From Gammaproteobacteria bacterium (lineage in GTDB: Bacteria; Pseudomonadota; Gammaproteobacteria; Eutrophobiales; Eutrophobiaceae): DNA of 64,000 nucleotides. Numbering within the stretch: position 1 is the first letter of the stretch; each line of letters opens with the position of its first letter. Positions 60,580 to 64,000 of this stretch are shown one piece after another. The stretch lies in assembly GCA_965250225.1 (NCBI GenBank), contig CBDFNQ010000035.1, positions 129,641-193,640 on the forward strand, given 5' to 3'. The position numbers were made by a program, and so were the translations under genes. The notes under the pieces were generated by a model that worked only from the letters and a program-made list of their open reading frames with translations, ran no database searches and was not told where the DNA came from.

Positions 60580-61290
60580 ATGATCGATAAACAAGTGGGA
60601 TCAGTAGCAGAGGCCGTCGTCGATATTTTCGATGGTGCAGTGGTCATGGTTGGTGGTTTTGGTGAAGCCGGCAGTCCTGTTGAATTGCTCCATGCCCTGA
60701 TTGATCAGGGCGCAAAAAATTTGACTATGGTCAATAACAATACCGGTAGCGGGCATGTAGGTTTGGCTGCATTGATTGAATGTGGACGGGTCGACAAAAT
60801 GATTTGCTCATTCCCGCGTACCGCCAACTCAACTGTATTTCCCGATATGTACCGTAGTGGTGATATTGAACTGGAACTGGTTCCACAAGGCACGCTGGCC
60901 GAACGCATCCGGGCGGGCGGTGCTGGTATCCCGGCTTTTTATACCGCAACCTCAGTTGGTACTCCATTGGCAGAAGGTAAAGAAGTCAGAACATTTGATA
61001 AGCGTGATTATGTTATGGAATATGGGTTAACAGCGGACTTCGCCCTGCTTAAATGTGCCCGGGCTGATTGCTATGGCAATTTGGTTTATAACAAAACTGC
61101 ACGCAATTTCAGTCCAATCATGGCGTCGGCAGCAAAGAAGACCATCGTGCAAACCGACGCGCTGCTTGAAGTCGGTGAGATTGATCCGGAAATTATTATA
61201 ACCCCGGGAATTTTTACGCATCGTATCGTTACGGTCGGCAACCCCATGCAGGAATCAAGACTAGTCAATGAGGGGAGGACGTATCCATGA
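60580..61290 (+). CDS. 3-oxoacid CoA-transferase subunit A
   Basis: FDGAVVMVGGFGEAGSPVELLHAL...LTMVNNNTG is typical of family I CoA-transferase alpha subunits. Confidence 0.9.
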   Translation: MIDKQVGSVAEAVVDIFDGAVVMVGGFGEAGSPVELLHALIDQGAKNLTMVNNNTGSGHVGLAALIECGRVDKMICSFPRTANSTVFPDMYRSGDIELELVPQGTLAERIRAGGAGIPAFYTATSVGTPLAEGKEVRTFDKRDYVMEYGLTADFALLKCARADCYGNLVYNKTARNFSPIMASAAKKTIVQTDALLEVGEIDPEIIITPGIFTHRIVTVGNPMQESRLVNEGRTYP

Positions 61291-61964
61291 CAGCAGAGAC
61301 AGTCGGCTGGAGTCGTGACGAAATGGCGCAACGAGCCGCACAGGATATTCCAGACGGAGCCTATGTCAATCTAGGTATTGGTATCCCGGAAAAGGTGACC
61401 CGATATATCCCTGAAGGTCGGGAAGTGATTTACCACACCGAGAATGGATTGCTGGGTATGGGACCTGCACCACAAGCCGGTCAGGAAGATCCCGAGTTGA
61501 TCAATGCTGGCAAGAAACAGGTCACTGCCATCCCGGGTGCGGCCTATTTTCATCATGCCGACAGTTTTTGCATGATCCGTGGTGGTCATATCGATTTATG
61601 TGTTCTGGGAGCCATGCAGGTATCGGCCAGTGGTGATCTGGCAAACTGGTCAACGGGGGCAGCGGATGCGATCCCGGCTGTCGGCGGCGCGATGGATCTG
61701 GTGGCCGGGGTGAAAACAATTTATGTGATCACCCAACACTGCACCAAATCCGGTGAGCCGAAGCTGGTAGAATATTGCAGTTATCCGTTAACAGGAAAAG
61801 CGGTGGTCAGTCGCATTTATACCGATCTGGCGGTGATTGATGTCAGGCCGACAGGATTTATCGTGGTGGAATTGGCGCCGGGAATTGATTTTAATTATGT
61901 ACAGCAAAGAACGGCTTGCGAATTAGTATTTAATGAGTCGCAAACAAAAACAGCCAATGCCTGA
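61287..61964 (+). CDS. 3-oxoacid CoA-transferase subunit B
   Basis: Catalytic Glu motif YHTENGLLGMGP. Overlaps the subunit A stop. Confidence 0.9.
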   Translation: MTAETVGWSRDEMAQRAAQDIPDGAYVNLGIGIPEKVTRYIPEGREVIYHTENGLLGMGPAPQAGQEDPELINAGKKQVTAIPGAAYFHHADSFCMIRGGHIDLCVLGAMQVSASGDLANWSTGAADAIPAVGGAMDLVAGVKTIYVITQHCTKSGEPKLVEYCSYPLTGKAVVSRIYTDLAVIDVRPTGFIVVELAPGIDFNYVQQRTACELVFNESQTKTANA

Positions 61965-61985
61965 ATATGACGGGTGAGTGATAAC

Positions 61986-63326
61986 ATGAAAGCAGTACAG
62001 CCGAAAAAAGTCGTGGCGCAGTCAAAAAGTGAGGCGCTTTATCAGCGCGCCCTGAATAGTATGCCCGGGGGTTGCAGTCGCAATACGGTTTTACGTAAAC
62101 CGCATCCACTCTATACAGAAAAAGGTGAGGGCTGTTATGTCACCGATATCGAAGGTGTAAAGCGTATAGATTTTGCCAATAATATGGCTTCCCTGATCCA
62201 TGGGCATGCCCATCCACAAGTGGTTGCTGCAGTAAGCGAACAACTACAAAAAGGCACGGCCTATACACTAGCGACCGAGGTAGAAATTCTATACGCCGAG
62301 CATCTGTGTGATCGCAACGGTGGTTTCGATAAGATCCGTTTTGTAAATTCAGGCACTGAAGCGGTCATGAGTTGTTTAAAGGCAGCGCGGGCATTCACAG
62401 GTCGTGCAAAGATTGCCAAGGTGGAAGGTGCCTATCATGGCCTTTACGACTATGCCGAAATAAGCCAAACCTCAAAGCCTGATAATTGGGGGGAAGTTGA
62501 AAGACCCGCCAGTGTGCCGGTTGCCTACGGTACGCCACAATCGGCATTGGATGATGTGATCGTTATCCCTTTCAACGATGTTGAAACAGCCATAGCAATA
62601 CTTGATCAATATGCAGATGAATTAGCCTGTGTTTTAATCGATGTCTTACCGCATCGGGTTGGTCTTGTTCCCGCAACTAATGAGTTTGTTCAGGCTTTGC
62701 ACACGTGGACACGTAACAATAAATCGCTACTGGTCTATGATGAAGTGATTACTTTTCGCACAAATTATAGCGGCGCGCAGACGTGGTACGATGTTCGTCC
62801 CGATTTAACTGCATTGGGTAAAATGATCGGAGGTGGCTTTCCAGTAGGCGCCCTGGCCGGTAGTGAAGAGGTTATGGCTGTTATGGATCCATTGGCGGAT
62901 AAGCTTTTATTTCCCCATTCCGGCACCTTTTCCGCAAACCCGATCACCATGACAGCAGGCCTTGTATCAATGCAATTGTTTGACGATAAGGCAGTAAAAA
63001 GATTGAACCGATTGGCCGATTACGCACGCAGTCAAATCGCTGAAGCGATTCAGATCGCGGATATCACAGCCTGCGTAACAGGCGAGGGTTCCATGTTCCG
63101 CGTTCATATGAAGCCTGAACCGCCAGATAATTATCGAGAGGCATTTGTCTCCACGGAAGAATCCAGACGATTACTGATATTGCTGGATCACCTGTTCGAT
63201 AACGGCATTATGATGATCAATACTTGTACCGGTACGCTCTCAACAGTAATGACGGTAAACGAAATTGATCGACTGGTTGAAGTCATGTTAGCTGGATTTC
63301 GTAAAATTAAAAGTGCGATAACATAA
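61986..63326 (+). CDS. Class III (GSA-aminomutase-like) PLP aminotransferase
   Basis: NSGTEAVM, LVYDEVITFR and LTALGKMIGGGFPVGAL (PLP lysine) parallel the HemL/omega-transaminase family. ATG 61986 is preferred over GTG 61974. Confidence 0.82.
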   Translation: MKAVQPKKVVAQSKSEALYQRALNSMPGGCSRNTVLRKPHPLYTEKGEGCYVTDIEGVKRIDFANNMASLIHGHAHPQVVAAVSEQLQKGTAYTLATEVEILYAEHLCDRNGGFDKIRFVNSGTEAVMSCLKAARAFTGRAKIAKVEGAYHGLYDYAEISQTSKPDNWGEVERPASVPVAYGTPQSALDDVIVIPFNDVETAIAILDQYADELACVLIDVLPHRVGLVPATNEFVQALHTWTRNNKSLLVYDEVITFRTNYSGAQTWYDVRPDLTALGKMIGGGFPVGALAGSEEVMAVMDPLADKLLFPHSGTFSANPITMTAGLVSMQLFDDKAVKRLNRLADYARSQIAEAIQIADITACVTGEGSMFRVHMKPEPPDNYREAFVSTEESRRLLILLDHLFDNGIMMINTCTGTLSTVMTVNEIDRLVEVMLAGFRKIKSAIT

Positions 63327-63372
63327 ACAAAGATAGCCTAATACATTTTATATATTTGAAAGTGATTGAATT

Positions 63373-64000
63373 ATGACGGATGTTTTTATTTGCGACGGGA
63401 TACGAACGCCCATTGGCCGTTATGGTGGTAGTCTTGCCGCTGTACGAACCGATGATTTGGCGGCGATTCCGCTGACGGCATTAATGAAAAGACACCCCGA
63501 TGTTGACTGGTTAGCAGTAGATGATGTGATACTCGGTTGTGCCAATCAGTCTGGAGAAGATAACCGCAATGTCGCGCGGATGGCCGGGCTATTATCAGGA
63601 TTGCCACAGGAAGTGCCCGCAAGCACCATCAACCGCTTGTGCGGTTCAGGTTTAAATGCCATTGGCAGTGCAGCAGTAACGATCAAGTCAGGCGAAGCAA
63701 ATTTAATTATTGCCGGTGGTGTGGAAAGCATGTCCCGTGCGCCGTTTGTTATTAGCATGGCCAATAGCGGTTTTGACCGCTCCCAGGAAATGTTTGACAC
63801 CACCATGGGCTGGCGCTTTATTAATAAAAAACTGGATCGTGAATACGGTACCGAGGCCATGCCGAAAACTGCTGAAAACCTGGCGCTGGAATTTAAGATA
63901 AGTCGTGAAGATCAAGATCGTTTTGCTATGTGGAGCCAGACCAAAGCGGCCAATGCACAGCAGGATGGCCAGCTAGCCGAGGAAATTATTCCTGTGGTCA
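63373..64000 (+). CDS. Thiolase (acetyl-CoA C-acyltransferase, PcaF/PaaJ-like); 3' end lies beyond the window
   Basis: Open frame from ATG 63373 to the window end, absent from the track because no stop is reached. MTDVFICDGIRTPIGRYGGSLAAVRTDDLAAIPL...VILGCANQSGEDNRNVARMA...STINRLCGSGLNAIG contains the active-site Cys motif. Confidence 0.88.
   Translation, partial: MTDVFICDGIRTPIGRYGGSLAAVRTDDLAAIPLTALMKRHPDVDWLAVDDVILGCANQSGEDNRNVARMAGLLSGLPQEVPASTINRLCGSGLNAIGSAAVTIKSGEANLIIAGGVESMSRAPFVISMANSGFDRSQEMFDTTMGWRFINKKLDREYGTEAMPKTAENLALEFKISREDQDRFAMWSQTKAANAQQDGQLAEEIIPVV

Overview
This 64-kb window comes from a moderately low-GC gammaproteobacterial chromosome. No organism is assigned. Positions 1-31.7 kb are mostly conserved backbone: mutL-miaA-hfq-hflX-hflK-hflC-DUF2065-hisZ-purA, tRNA-Leu, rnr-rlmB, bioA, rpsF-rpsR-(membrane protein)-rplI-dnaB-alr-radA, and ffh with its usual divergent CorC/YpjD neighbours. 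Accessory insertions in this part are a papain-like peptidase at the left edge, a yefM-yoeB cassette at the ffh 3' end, and a few orphan genes. Positions 32-47.7 kb are an IS-riddled accessory segment. It holds two identical inverted IS630-family copies, an IS4-family element, an IS256-family element with an in-frame stop, and decayed remnants of IS110, IS3, IS200/IS605, a deletion derivative of a second IS256-family element, and a COG1943-type Y1 transposase. These surround a six-gene TonB2-type energy-transduction module (DUF3450, large MotA/TolQ/ExbB, ExbB, ExbD, TonB, TPR) and two GNAT acetyltransferase paralogs. Positions 47.9-64 kb are a catabolic block. It contains a CrtI-like FAD oxidoreductase, sarcosine oxidase soxBDAG, a Rieske oxygenase, a LysR regulator, an MFS transporter, and a KamA-family radical SAM aminomutase followed by CoA-transferase A/B, a class III aminotransferase and a thiolase that runs off the right edge. 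No rRNA genes or CRISPR arrays were seen. The most notable observations are: (1) a roughly 390-nt GGA-rich, hairpin-rich intergenic region between tRNA-Leu and rnr that looks like an unannotated CsrB/Rsm-type sRNA on the minus strand; (2) the KamA-like cluster, which may encode an undescribed beta-amino-acid route; (3) a toxin-antitoxin cassette bracketed by two diverged ffh 3' ends; (4) the nested IS architecture. All calls come from reading the sequence and ORF translations by eye. No database search was run.
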